Shown here: positions 1-11,576 of the stretch, piece by piece
How the letters are laid out: the number at the start of each line of letters is the position of its first letter
Numbering within the stretch: the stretch's first letter is position 1
DNA from: Felis catus
Taxonomy: Eukaryota
Reading direction: 5' to 3'
Length of the DNA stretch: 64,000 bases
Assembly: GCF_018350175.1 (NCBI RefSeq)
Contig: NC_058382.1
Location: 8,680,001-8,744,000, forward strand
Made by a program: the position numbers and the translations under genes
Notes under the pieces: model-generated
The model's input: the letters and a program-made list of their open reading frames with translations, nothing else
The model's database searches: none
What the model was told of the DNA's origin: nothing

Positions 1-430
1 TCACGAGCCCGCGCGGCCTCGGCTCGCGACAGGGGCAAGGGGTGGAGCCAGCCTCAAATCCCTCCGCCGGCCGCGCTGCGCACGCGCGGCGCGATCCAGA
101 ACGACCCACACACAGGGACCTGGCGGCGCCGCGGGGACTGCGCACGCGCAAGGTCGCTTCCCCGCCCACGGGCACCTTAAACTCCTTTGCCGCGGCTGGC
201 TGCAGGCCGCAGTGCGCACGCGGGTACCGCACCAAACCCCAGCCCCCACCACCTTTCGCTTTCGGCTCCAACCGCCTCCGTGCGCCAGACTCCTCGATGC
301 TCCGCCCCTTTCCCTAACACACTTCCCGGATCTTGTACGCATGCGAATGTTGTGTGTACAACTAAATACCCCTCCGCCGCCTGGCAAAGAGGCAAAGAGT
401 CCGTACGTGAATGGTGTTACGTTGATGTCT
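1..430 (-). promoter_or_regulatory. CpG-island promoter with clustered NRF1-type sites, probably the 5' end of SNRNP70
   Basis: CpG-rich. TGCGCACGCG(CA) at 77-87, 139-150 and 213-222; TACGCATGCGA at 336-346. Gene identity and strand are inferred only from synteny (SNRNP70 lies head-to-head with KCNA7 in human); no coding sequence recognised. Confidence 0.55.
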
Positions 431-778
431 AACCTGTTAAATCATAACTGTTCATTCAGCGCCTAGTGTAATGCTAGGCGTTGCTTGGGCGCTGAAGATA
501 CATAGCACGTGACTAAGAGAAAGTCTTTTTCTTCTTGGAGCTTACGTTGTACTGGGGAGATGATAAAGGCATTTAAAAAGAATAAATTGTGGGGGGGGGG
601 GAGAATAAATTGGGGGTTGTGGCCAACACAATAAAGAAAAATAGGGCAGGGGTGCCTGGGTGGCTCAGGTCATGATCTCGGATTTGTGAGTTCGCCCCGC
701 ATCTGGCTGTGCTAACAGCACAGAGCCCGGAGGCTGATTCAGATTCTGTATTTCCCTCTCAGCTCCCCCCCCGCCCCC

Positions 779-780
<2 letters not shown>

Positions 781-829
<49 letters not shown>
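781..829 (+). repeat. (TG)n microsatellite within a SINE tail
   Basis: About 24 perfect TG units. Confidence 0.95.
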
Positions 830-830
<1 letters not shown>

Positions 831-2543
831 TCAAAAATAAACATGAAAAATTAAAAAAAAAATAGTAATAATCCTGGGGCACCTGGGCGGCTCAGTCTGT
901 TGAGCTTCTGACTTCCGCTAAGGTCAAGATCTCACAGTTTTGAGAGATGGAGCCCCACATCAGGCTCTCTGCTTGTCAGCCTGTCAGTGCAGAGCCCACT
1001 TCGGATCCTCTGCCCACCCCCCCCACCCGCCCCTCGTACTCTCCCCAAAATAAATATTCTTAAAAAATAGTAATAACCTTTATTCCTCGATCTGCAGACT
1101 GAGCCACTGGGTGATTGATGGTGCTATTTATTTACTTTTATGTTTTTATTTTATTTTTGAGAGAGAGACAGAGCACAAGCAGGGGAGGGGCAGACAGAGG
1201 GGGAGACACAGAATTGGAAGCAGGTTCCAGGCTCTGAGCTGTCAGCACAGAGCCCGATGCTGGGCTTGAACCCACAGACCATGAGATCATGACCTGAGCC
1301 GAAGTCTGACGCTTAACCAACCGAGCCACCCAGGGGCCCCGGTGCTGTTGATTTAGAGAGGGGAGATGTGGGTGGAGGGGGTTATTGAGGAAGATTCACC
1401 TGTTGATCGCAGGTTTGGACATTGCAAAGATGTCTGACCCTCAGGTGCCGTTGTGGCATTGGAATATATGGCAGTCACGGAGAAGTCTGGGGCTGGAACC
1501 CTAGATCTGGGAGTCTTTGGGTTAGAGATGGTATCTGGAGCCATGAGACTGAATGAACTCATGGTTGGTTAAGCGTCCGACTTCAGCTCAGGTCATGGTC
1601 TCACAGTTGATGGATCTGAGCTCCACGCCGGAGCTCACAGTGCGGAGCCTGCAGGGGATTCTCTCTCTCCCTCTCCCTCTTTGCCCCTCCCCCATTCGCA
1701 CTCTCTCAAAATGAATAAACTTAAAAAAAAAAAAACTGATTAAAAAAAAAAAAGTAAGAAGGGCCCCTGGGTGGCTTAGTCGGTTAAGCGTCTGATTCTT
1801 GGTTTCAGCTCAGGTCATGATCTCACAGTTCCTGAGTTCGAGCCCCACAAGGGGCTCGGCACTGACAGTGCGGAACCTGCTTGGGATTCTCTCTCTCCCT
1901 CTCTCTCTCTCGGCCCCTCCCCTGCTCACTCTCTCTGTCTCTCTCAAAGTAAATAAACTTAAACCAATTTATTTAATTAAAAAAAATTTTTGTTAAAAAA
2001 TAAAAAATTCTTGGGGCGCCTGGGTGGCTTGGTCGGTTAAGCGTCCCACTTCAGCTCAGGTCATGATCTCACGGTCCGTGAGTTCGAGCCCCGCGTCGGG
2101 CTCTGGGCTGACAGCTCAGAGCCTGGACCCTGTTTCAGCTTCTGTGTCTCCCTCTCTCTCTGCCCCTCCCCTGTTCATGCTCTGTCTCTCTCTCTCTCTC
2201 TCTCAAAAATAAATAAACGTTTAAAAAAAAATAAAAAATAAATAAAAAATAAAAAATTCTCATGTAAGAAACAAACTGGGAGACTCGGGTGTCCAGGAAG
2301 CCAAGAGGGCAAAGGCTTCAGGGAGGCAGGGTTCGAGTCCAGTGCTGCTGGGGAATGCAAAAGATCCCGGCTGAAGTTTGGCAACTGTGGGAGACCTTAA
2401 CAAGGCAGTGGGAAATCCAAAGAAGACCTCTGGTGGGGAAAAGTCTTTAGAGAGGTTTTGTGGCAACAGGAGCAGAGAGAGACAGTAATACCAGAGGAGG
2501 GAGGTGAAGTCAAGGAAGATTTTGTTTAAAAAAAAAAAATAGT

Positions 2544-2771
2544 GGGGCGCCTGGGTGGCGCAGTCGGTTAAGCGTCCGACTTCAGCCAGGTCACGATCTC
2601 GCGGTCCGTGAGTTCGAGCCCCGCGTCGGGCTCTGGGCTGATGGCTCGGAGCCTGGAGCCTGTTTCCGATTCTGTGTCTCCCTCTCTCTCTGCCCCTCCC
2701 CCGTTCATGCTCTGTCTCTCTCTGTCCCAAAAATAAATAAACGTTGAAAAAAAAAATTAAAAAAAAAAAAA
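2544..2771 (+). mobile_element. Young full-length felid SINE (SINEC_Fc-like)
   Basis: Full CpG content retained, near-identical to the copy at 38215-38448, flanked on both sides by AAAAAAAAAATAG (probable target-site duplication). Confidence 0.9.
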
Positions 2772-3224
2772 TAGAAAAGAGGGGTGCCTGGCTGGCTCAG
2801 TCCACAGAGCACGTGACCCTTAATCTCAGGGTCATGAGTTCAAGCCCTACGTTGGGTGTGGAGCCTACAAAAAAAAAAAAAAAGACATTAAGAAAGACTT
2901 GCGATGCAAAAAATAAAAGTCTTATGATGCAATTGTCTCCTGATGGCAAAAAAAAAAAAGTTAAGCATCCACTCATCATACAACCCCAGCAAGCCTATCC
3001 TTTTTTTTTTTTTTAGTTTTTTTTTAATGTTTATTTATTTTTGACAGAGAGAGACAGAGTGCAAGTGGGGGAGGGACAGAGAGAGAGGGAGACACAGAAT
3101 GTGAAGCAGGCTCCAGGCTCTGAGCTGTCAACACAGAGCCCGATGCGGGGCTGGAACTCATGGACTGTGAGATCATGACCTGAGCCGCAGTTGGATGCTC
3201 AACCGAGTCACCCAGGCGCCCTTA

Positions 3225-3680
3225 TACATGGATTTCTGTTGCGGCTTTATTCATAATCACCCAAAACCGAAATGGAACTCAAATGTCTATACTGTGGCTA
3301 AGTAGACAAATGAGCATCCGTCCGTGTCTTGGAACACTACAGTCACAGACACAAGAGGAATGGGTCTTCAATGCATTTTGCCAAGCGAAGGAAGCCTGAT
3401 TCACAAGGCTACACGTCGTATTTGACATTCTAGAAAAGACAGTGCTGCAGGGACGGAGGGAGAGAAAACAGCGCAGTGGTTTCCGGGAGCCGGACGTTGG
3501 GGACCGGTTGACTAGGAAGGGCAAAGCGCAGCCTTCGAGGAGTGATAGAACGATTCTGTATTTTGATTTGTACTGGCAGTGACACGACTGTATACATTGG
3601 CCGGAACTCACAAGCATACACTGTGAAGGGTAATTTTTATTGTATGTCAAGTCCACCTCACTAAGCCTGACTGAACAACA
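3225..3680 (+). mobile_element. Old LINE-1 3'-end fragment (L1M-type)
   Basis: Decayed L1 3' motifs: GCGGCTTTATTCATAATCACCCAAAA...CTCAAATGTCTAT...TAGACAAATG; GGTAATTTTTATTGTATGT. Subfamily not determined. Confidence 0.6.
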
Positions 3681-5589
3681 ACAACAACAAAAAGGCTCCC
3701 CCATTCATTAATTACAGATGGAAAAAAATAATGATAATGGAGAAACCCAGCAGATACTACCGTAACCAAGTGACCCAAATTCATCTCACCTGCAGTAAGA
3801 CGTAGCCTGTGTCTACACCATATGAGGGGAAGAGAATTGCACCTCTGTCCCCGTCGAGAAAAACCCTCCATAATCATTATCTAGTCAAGATAAACCACCA
3901 GGTAAACAAATTGAGGAACAATCTACGGTGTCAATGACCAGTATTCTCACACTTTTTGTTTTTAATGTTCATTTACTTTTGAGAGAGACAGAGACAGAGA
4001 CAGAGCACGAGCTGGAGAGAGCAGAGAGGGAGGCACAGAATCCGAAGCAGGCTCCGAGCTGTCAGCACAGAGCCCGACGCCGGGCTTGAACCCACGGACC
4101 GCGAGATCATGACCTGAGCTGAAGTTGGACGCTTAACTGACTGAGCCACCCAGGCGCCCCTAAATGACCAGTATTCTTAAAAAAATGTTGAGTTCAAAAA
4201 AAAAAAAAAAAAGAAAGAAAGAGGGGCGCCTGGGTGGCCAGTCGGTTCAAGTCGGTGAAGCATCCGACTTCAGCCAGGTCACGATCTCGCGGTCCGTGAG
4301 TTCGAGCCCCGCGTCAGGCTCTGGGCTGATGGCTCGGAGCCTGGAGCCTGTTTCCGATTCTGTGTCTCCCTCTCTCTCTGCCCCTCCCCCGTTCATGCTC
4401 TGTCTCTCTCTGTCCCAAAAACAAATAAACATTGAAAAAAAATAAAAAAAAAAATGTTGAGTTCGTGGGGCACCTGGGTGGTTCAGTCAGTTAAGCATCC
4501 GTCTCTTGATGTCCGCTCGGGTCATGATCTCACAGTTGGTGAGGTAGGGTTCAGGGCTGACAGCCAGACCCTGCCTGGGATTCTCTCTCTGTCGCCCTCC
4601 CTCAAAATAAATAAATAAATATTAACAAAAAAAATGTTGAGGTCATTAGCAAAGATAGTAAGATGCCAATATTAGAGGAAACTGGGTGAAGGGTATTTAC
4701 GAACTCTTGTGCTATCTTTACAACTCTTCTGTAAGTCTAAAAATATTTCAAAATTTATTTTTTTTTAATTTTTTTAAATGTTTATTTTTTGAGAGAGAGA
4801 CACACACACAGTCAGGGTAGAGTGGAGGAGGGACAGAGAGAGAGAGGGAGACACAGAATCCAAAGCAGGGTCCAGGCTCTGAGCTGTCAGCACAGAGCCC
4901 AACGCGGGGCGTGAACCCACGAACTGTGAGATCATGACCTGAGCCGAAGCTGGACGGACACCCAACCAACTGAGCCACCCAGGCGCCCCTCAAAGATTTT
5001 ACTTTTAGGGGCGCCTGGGTGGCCCAGTCGGTTAAGCATCTGACTTCGGCTCAGGTCATGACCTCACGGTTTGTGAGTTCAAGCCCCATGTCGGCCTCTG
5101 TGCTGACAGCTCAGAGCCTGGAGCCTGCTTCGGATTCTGTGTCTCCCTCTCTCTCTGCCCCTCCCCTGCTCATGCTCTCTCTCTCTCTCTCAAAAATAAG
5201 TGTTAAAGAACATTAAAAAAAATATTTTATTTTTAAATAATCTCCACACCCAACTTAGGGCTCGAACTCACAACCCTGAGATCAAGAGTCACACATTCCA
5301 CCGACTGAGCGAGTCCGATGCCTTTCCCCTCCTCTCTTTTTTTTTTTTTAAGAATATTTATTTTTATTTTTGAGAGAGAGAGAGAGAGAGAGAGCAGGGG
5401 AGGGGCAGAGAGAGAGGGAGAGAGAGAATTCGAAGTAGGTTTCATGCTGTCCGCATGGAGCCCGAAGAGGGGCTCCAACTCACGAATGAACTCATGAGCC
5501 ATGAGATCATGACCCGAGCTGGAAATCAGGAGTTGGATGCTTAACCGGCTGAGCCACCCAGGTGCCCCCTTTCCTCCCTCTTTAAAGCT

Positions 5590-5826
5590 GGCATTGTAGC
5601 ATCCTTTCCATCTGACCTTGACTCCTATCCTCACATCTTCTGTGAATCTGACCTTCCCACCCTCCTCTTATAAAAACCCTTGATTTCATTGGGCCCACCC
5701 AGATCATCCGGGAAATCTCCCCAACTCAAGAGCCTTGATTTAATCGCATCCACAAAGTCCCACTTTTGCCATATAAGGTCACGGATTCAAAGGTCCCTGG
5801 GATTAGGAGGTAGACATCTTTAGGGG
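5590..5826. mobile_element. MaLR LTR fragment (MLT1-like)
   Basis: TTGGGCCCACCCAGATCATCCGGGAAATCTCCCCAACTCAAGAGCCTT...TTTTGCCATATAAGGTCAC...GGGATTAGGAGGTAGACATCTTTAGGGG resembles MLT1 LTR ends. Other candidates at about 6895-7235 and 34060-34490. Confidence 0.65.
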
Positions 5827-7271
5827 TTCTGGTAACTTCTGTGTTTTCAGTAGAATGAGTGAGGTGATCAGCTTACTGAGGGTGAGGAGGGCCAGGGTGC
5901 TATGGGGGATTTAAGAACAAAGATGGGTAACAGCCATCTTGGGGAGGCAGAGGGTATACTGATGAGGGAAACGTACCAGGGTCGCAGGCAGGGCTGGGGA
6001 TGTAAGGTCCAGCCCCCGTCAAGGCCCCCCCAGGGCCAGGCACAGAGTAGATGAGAGAAGGATTTACCAGAAGGATTTGGAGTTCGGCTACAACGGTGCC
6101 TTGGAGGGGGTCATAGGGCAAGGGAGTTTAAGACATAGGAAAGTGAGGGATTTTATCGGTGGCCCATGAACAGTGGAAGTAGGAGAAAGAGGGAAATGAG
6201 GACAAGGTGGGGGAGCCGGAGATAATGAAAAGGCAACAGGGTCGGGGCGCCTGGGTGGCTCAGTCGGTTGAGTGTCCGACTTCGGCTCAGGTCGTGATCT
6301 CACAGTTCGTCGGTTCGAGCCCCGAGTCGGGTTCTGTGCTGACAGCTCAGAGCCCGGAGCCTGCTTCGGATTCTGTGTCTCCCTCTCTCTGCCCTCCCCG
6401 ACTCACGCTCTGTCTCTTTCAAAAATGAATAAACGTTAAAAAAAAAAAATTGAAAAAAGGAAAAGAAAAGATAACAGGGTCAATGTACTGTGATGTGCTG
6501 GCAGGCTCAAAAGTTTCTCAATTCAGTTGACGGGAAAAAGGAGAGCACGGGATGATGAAAACAGTTTGTTTGGAGGGTATGTCGTTACCGGCAATGACAA
6601 GGACGAGCATATGACCATGAGCGCGGGTGGCACGTTTAGAGGGTGACAGATAAGGGGTGCAGAGTTTCTTTGCGGGTTACCAAAAATGTTCTCAAGTGGA
6701 CTGGAGGGATGCGCAACTCTTAGGAATACGCAAAAAACCCAGCGTCACACAGGTGAAATGGGTGAATTTTATGGTATGTGAATTGCGGCTTCATAAAACT
6801 TCCAGAAAAAAAAAAAAAAAGAACGCAGATGGCTTGGGGTAGGCGAGAGAGCACGATGGGTGACATGATGGGCTCTGTGTACCGAGAGGCCATGATTCTG
6901 TTATCTATTGCCACAGCGTGTCTGACAAACCACCCAAAGCCTGCGTGGTTGAAAACAACAAAGATCATTTATTACAGTCCCAGGTCTGCGACCAGGGCAG
7001 GGTTTGGAGGGGGGTGGGGGGGGTGGGGGGCTGAGGGAGGTCTTACCTCTGCTCCCAGAGCATCAGCGGGGCAGGAGAACGTGGCCCTTCAGATGGCTCA
7101 CTCAACAAGCCTGATTTATTATCAACTGTGAGTTTAGCCTCGGCCGGGAGCCAGGAACCCAGGGTCCTCTCCACGTGGACCTCACCATCTGGCCTGGCCT
7201 GGGCAGGTGTCCCAAGGGAAAGAGTGGGGCTAAAAGTTGCCCGTTTTTTTTTTTTTTAATGTTTATTTACT

Positions 7272-7329
<58 letters not shown>

Positions 7330-9212
7330 TGCAAGCAGGGGAGGGGCGGAGAGAGAGGGAGACACTGAATCCGAAGCAGGCTCTAGGCTCTGAGCTGTCA
7401 GCACAGAGCCAGATGCGGGGCTCGAACTCAGAACCACGAGATCGTGACCTGAGCTGAAGTCGGAGGCTTAACCGACTGAGCCACCCAGGCGCCCCTATGA
7501 CAGTAGTTTTAGGAGGGATAGGAAGCCAGGTTCTCAAATCTCCCATGAAAGAGTAGGAGTGGCCAGAAGGGAAGGGGTGAGTTCAGTAGGGAAGGATGGG
7601 AAGTGTCCGTGGATAGCTTAAGCTTCAAAAGAGCTGAGGGAGGGGGTGCCTGGCTGGCTGGGTAGAGCACAAGACCCTTGATCTTGGGGTTGTGAGTTCA
7701 AACCCCATGGTGGGCGTAGAGCTTACCCAAAAAAAAAAAAATAAAAGTCAGAGGGAGGAAGAACGGTCTAGAAACGGCAAGGCGGAGCACCTGTGCGTTA
7801 AGGAGGGTGTAAGGCATGGCTGCAGGGAGAAGGGTTCAGTTCACAGAGTTCAGAGACCCACAGAAAGGAGTCTCCTTGTGGGTCTCTGAGAATGACAGAG
7901 ACATAGTCGCAGAGAGAGGTAAGACAGAGACCCAGAAAGAGGGACACAGAAATCCAGAAGGATGGTGACATAGCTTCCCAGAAATTACACACGGAAGAGG
8001 GCCTACATTCGGAGGGAGTAACCTCAGTGCTTCTCTGCACTTGCCCAGCAGAGGGCGCGCGGGACCCCATTCCCTGGAGTCCGGGTAACCTATCCCCACC
8101 ACTTCCCCCCAAGCCTATTTTTACGCGGTGTCATAGGATACCGGTGGCTGGAAGGCCATCGTCTGTCTGTCCTTTGGTCCCTTCGAGTGACCCTGCGGCA
8201 TCTCCCCAGCCCACCCCCCACCTGTTCCTGGCAGGCTCGGCCTCTGTTTCCACTATCCAGGGTTACAGCTCAGGCTTCCCTGGGTCTCGGGATGTCTGAC
8301 CGAGAAGACGGGGGGAGACCTCGGCGAGGGAACCGGGTGTGGGGCGCACAGGCTCACGGTTTGCAGTTGCTGGAGCGTCTCCAGGACGGGGCAACCACCA
8401 GGCCGGTGGCAGAGCCGATCTACAGTTTTAGTCAGAAAGAGATTCAGAGAGAGGACTCCAGAGACTCGGAGTCCTCCAGAGGCCCTGAGACAGAAACTCG
8501 CCATAACTCCGAAACACAGGGAAACAGACCCAAAGGGGAGCCCCCCCCCCCCCCGGAAACCCAGGGACAGAGAGACACAGAGTCCTAAGAGATTATGAGA
8601 AGAGACTCCGACGGAGGGGGGAGACAGATAGCAAGGGAGATAGCGATAGACAGACACACCCCTAAGATACAAGCGTCAAAGACGGAGATCCAGACAGACC
8701 AAGATACAGATTACTGACAGAGACCCCCAAGCACTGAGTCTTCAGAGATAACTGACCCACTGAGATACTCAGAGATACACCCCTTGACAGACACCCAAAA
8801 TGAAGACATAGCCAGACGCAGAGATGTAGAAGATAACAGAAGGAAAGACGTGGAAGTTTGTGACTTCAGCACAGGGGCTGGGCAATTCACAAAAAGAGAC
8901 GAGAGACACACACGGCAACCCGGAGAGACGAGGGATAGAGGTCCCGGACGAGAGCGAAACCCAGGGAACGGGGACCCGAAAGCGGATGCGCGCGGAGAAC
9001 GCAAGCTCAGCGCGGCGGCGGCTGGGGGGGAGGGCGGGCGCCCCGGCAGAGGGCGCGCGGCCGCCCTCTGCCCCTCCAGGGTCAGGCGCCCCCTCCCCCG
9101 CGCCCTGGCCGGACGGCCGGGCTATTTTTACGCGTGGACACCGGACACCAGCCTGGGGCGGCGGCGGCGGCGGCGGCGGCCGAGGCGGGGCCGGGCCGGG
9201 TCGGGCGTCGGG

Positions 9213-9352
9213 NNNNNNNNNNNNNNNNNNNNNNNNNNNNNNNNNNNNNNNNNNNNNNNNNNNNNNNNNNNNNNNNNNNNNNNNNNNNNNNNNNNNNNNN
9301 NNNNNNNNNNNNNNNNNNNNNNNNNNNNNNNNNNNNNNNNNNNNNNNNNNNN
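9213..9352. other. Assembly gap (140 N) covering the KCNA7 start codon
   Basis: Run of N inside a GC-rich CpG island; coding sequence resumes at (F)[11 protein letters not shown]. Confidence 0.99.
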
Positions 9353-11576
9353 TCCCGGACACGCTGCTAGGGGACCCGGCGCGCCGGGGCCGCTTCTACG
9401 ACTGCGCGCGCCGCGAGTACTTCTTTGACCGGCACCGGCCCAGCTTCGACGCGGTGCTCTACTACTACCAGTCCGGCGGGCGGCTGCGGCGGCCGGCGCA
9501 CGTGCCGCTCGACGTCTTCCTGGAGGAGGTGGCCTTTTACGGGCTGGGCGCGGCGGCGCTCGCGCGCCTGCGCGAGGACGAGGGCTGCCCCTTGCCGCCC
9601 GAGCGCCCCCTGCCCCGCCGCGCCTTCGCGCGCCAGCTCTGGCTGCTCTTCGAGTTCCCCGAGAGTTCGCAGGCCGCGCGCGTGCTCGCCGTCGTCTCCG
9701 TGCTCGTCATCCTCGTCTCCATCGTCGTCTTCTGCCTCGAGACGCTGCCCGACTTCCGCAACGACCGCGACAACCCGGGGCTCGCTGCGGTGGCGGCTGC
9801 CGGCCCGGTGAGGGGGCGTGTCCTGGGTGGAGAGGGGCGGGGCTTGGGAGGAGCTGAGCGGGGTCCACGGGGATCTGGCCAATTACAAGACGGGGGTGAG
9901 GGGCACTGGGAGGCGGGGCCTCTCGGGAAGGTGGGGCCTGGCTATGGGCGGGCGGGGCATTGGGGGGGCTTGTTGGAGGAGTGGCCAATCACAGGTGGGG
10001 CAGGAGGCTTGAGAGGTGGGCAACCCAGGGACCGGGCCTGACCAGGGGAATTTACCTTTAAAAGCTGGGCTGGGGGCCGGGAAGGGATAGCTTAATGGAG
10101 GCGGGGCCTGAGGATATGAATAGGAGGACCTTCCTATCACTGGGTGGGGTTGAGGCAGGTGAGAAACGGGCTGGCCGAGGGCGGGAAGACAGGTACGTTA
10201 AGAAATGAAGCAAGGGAGGAGAGACTGAAGAATCAGGGGTCCGTGCGGCTGGCAGCAAGCAAGAGAAGGATGGGCTGGAGGGAGCTGGAGACAGAAGAGT
10301 GAGGCCTGAAGGCTGAGGTAGGAGCAACCCAGCACAAAAAAAAGTCAGGCTGAGGGCCATGAGGGCAGGGTTTGGTGTTCAGAGAAGGCCTTTAACCATT
10401 AGAGTCTGGGCTGGGGGTAGAGAGGGCAGAGCACGAGGAAGTGGGACCAGGGTGGCGACACTCCCCATCTGGAAAATCAGTGCTGCGGTGGGACTTTGGG
10501 AAGGAAGAGACTGAGTCTCACTCAGGCACCATTCTAGGAGGCCCCACCAGTGAAGGATCAGGGACCCTGCAGTCAGCCACGCAGGGAGGATCCCCAGGGT
10601 TCTGGAAAGGAGTCTAGGACAGCTGGGGCACTGGAGGCCTGGGAGCAGTGACCACTGACCAGTTTGCACAGAAGCAGTTGGACATTTAAACCATAAATGT
10701 GGCCGTTCTAGTGTGTTCCAGTCTTGGTGTGGTCCTCTCTGACCCCCTTCCTCCCTGCAGTTCCCTGCTCGGCTGAATGGCTCCAGCCCAGTGCCTGGAA
10801 CCCTGTCTCGCATGCCCTTCGATGACCCGTTCTTTATGGTGGAGACGTTGTGCATCTGTTGGTTCTCCTTTGAGCTACTGGTGCGCCTGGCGACCTGCCC
10901 AAGCAAGGCGGCCTTTTTCAAGAACGTGATGAACCTCATCGATTTCGTGGCCATCCTCCCCTACTTTGTGGCGCTAGGCACCGAGCTAGCCAGGCAACGG
11001 GGCGTGGGCCAGCCGGCCATGTCACTGGCCATACTACGAGTTATCCGACTGGTGCGCGTCTTCCGGATCTTCAAGCTGTCCCGGCACTCAAAGGGCCTGC
11101 AGATCTTGGGCCAGACACTACGGGCCTCCATGCGTGAGCTGGGTCTCCTCATCTTCTTCCTCTTCATCGGTGTGGTTCTCTTCTCCAGCGCGGTCTACTT
11201 TGCGGAGGCCGACCGGGAAGATTCCCATTTCACCAGCATCCCTGAGTCCTTTTGGTGGGCGGTGGTCACCATGACCACAGTCGGCTATGGAGACATGGCA
11301 CCCGTCACTGTGGGTGGCAAGATAGTGGGCTCTCTGTGCGCCATCGCTGGTGTGCTGACCATTTCCCTGCCTGTGCCGGTCATTGTCTCCAACTTCAGCT
11401 ACTTTTACCACCGGGAGACAGAGGGCGAAGAGGCCGGAATGTACAGCCATGTGGACACGCAGCCCTGTGGCCCACTGGAGGGCAAGGTCAATGGGGGGTT
11501 GGTGGACGGAGAGATGCCTGAGCTACCACCTCCACTCTGGGCCCCCCCTGGGAAACACATGGTCACCGAAGTGTGA
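9213..11576 (+). CDS. KCNA7: Voltage-gated potassium channel Kv1.7 (Shaker family), 2 coding exons; ATG lies in the N gap
   Basis: Exon 1 runs from the gap to 9807 (T1 domain [23 protein letters not shown]1; donor GTGAGG at 9808). Exon 2 is 10761-11576 (acceptor CTGCAG): S4 [20 protein letters not shown], pore [12 protein letters not shown] motif, PDZ-type tail VTEV. The intron in the S1-S2 linker is diagnostic of KCNA7 among KCNA genes. Confidence 0.97.

Larger units (their letters stand above)
648..7745. mobile_element. Dense cluster of about 19 carnivore tRNA-derived SINEs (Can-SINE/SINEC_Fc), both orientations
   Basis: Repeated GGGGCGCCTGGGTGGCTCAGTCGGTTAAG head, CT-rich linker and A tail. 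Approx.: 648-862+, 876-1066+, 1130-1340-, 1565-1735+, 1761-1960+, 2013-2258+, 2544-2771+, 2780-2885+, 3000-3221-, 3952-4160-, 4222-4453+, 4467-4625+, 4749-4989-, 5008-5223+, 5228-5320-, 5336-5568-, 6244-6460+, 7243-7495-, 7643-7745+. Confidence 0.93.

Noticed and set aside
1138-7546. Many similar short ORFs ([18 protein letters not shown]...)
   Set aside because: Translations of Can-SINE copies, not a gene family; the tRNA-like heads are not tRNA genes.
8860-10041. 393-aa ORF as a complete KCNA7 exon 1 product
   Set aside because: It bridges an N gap of uncertain true length and runs into intron 1; only 9355-9807 is supported.
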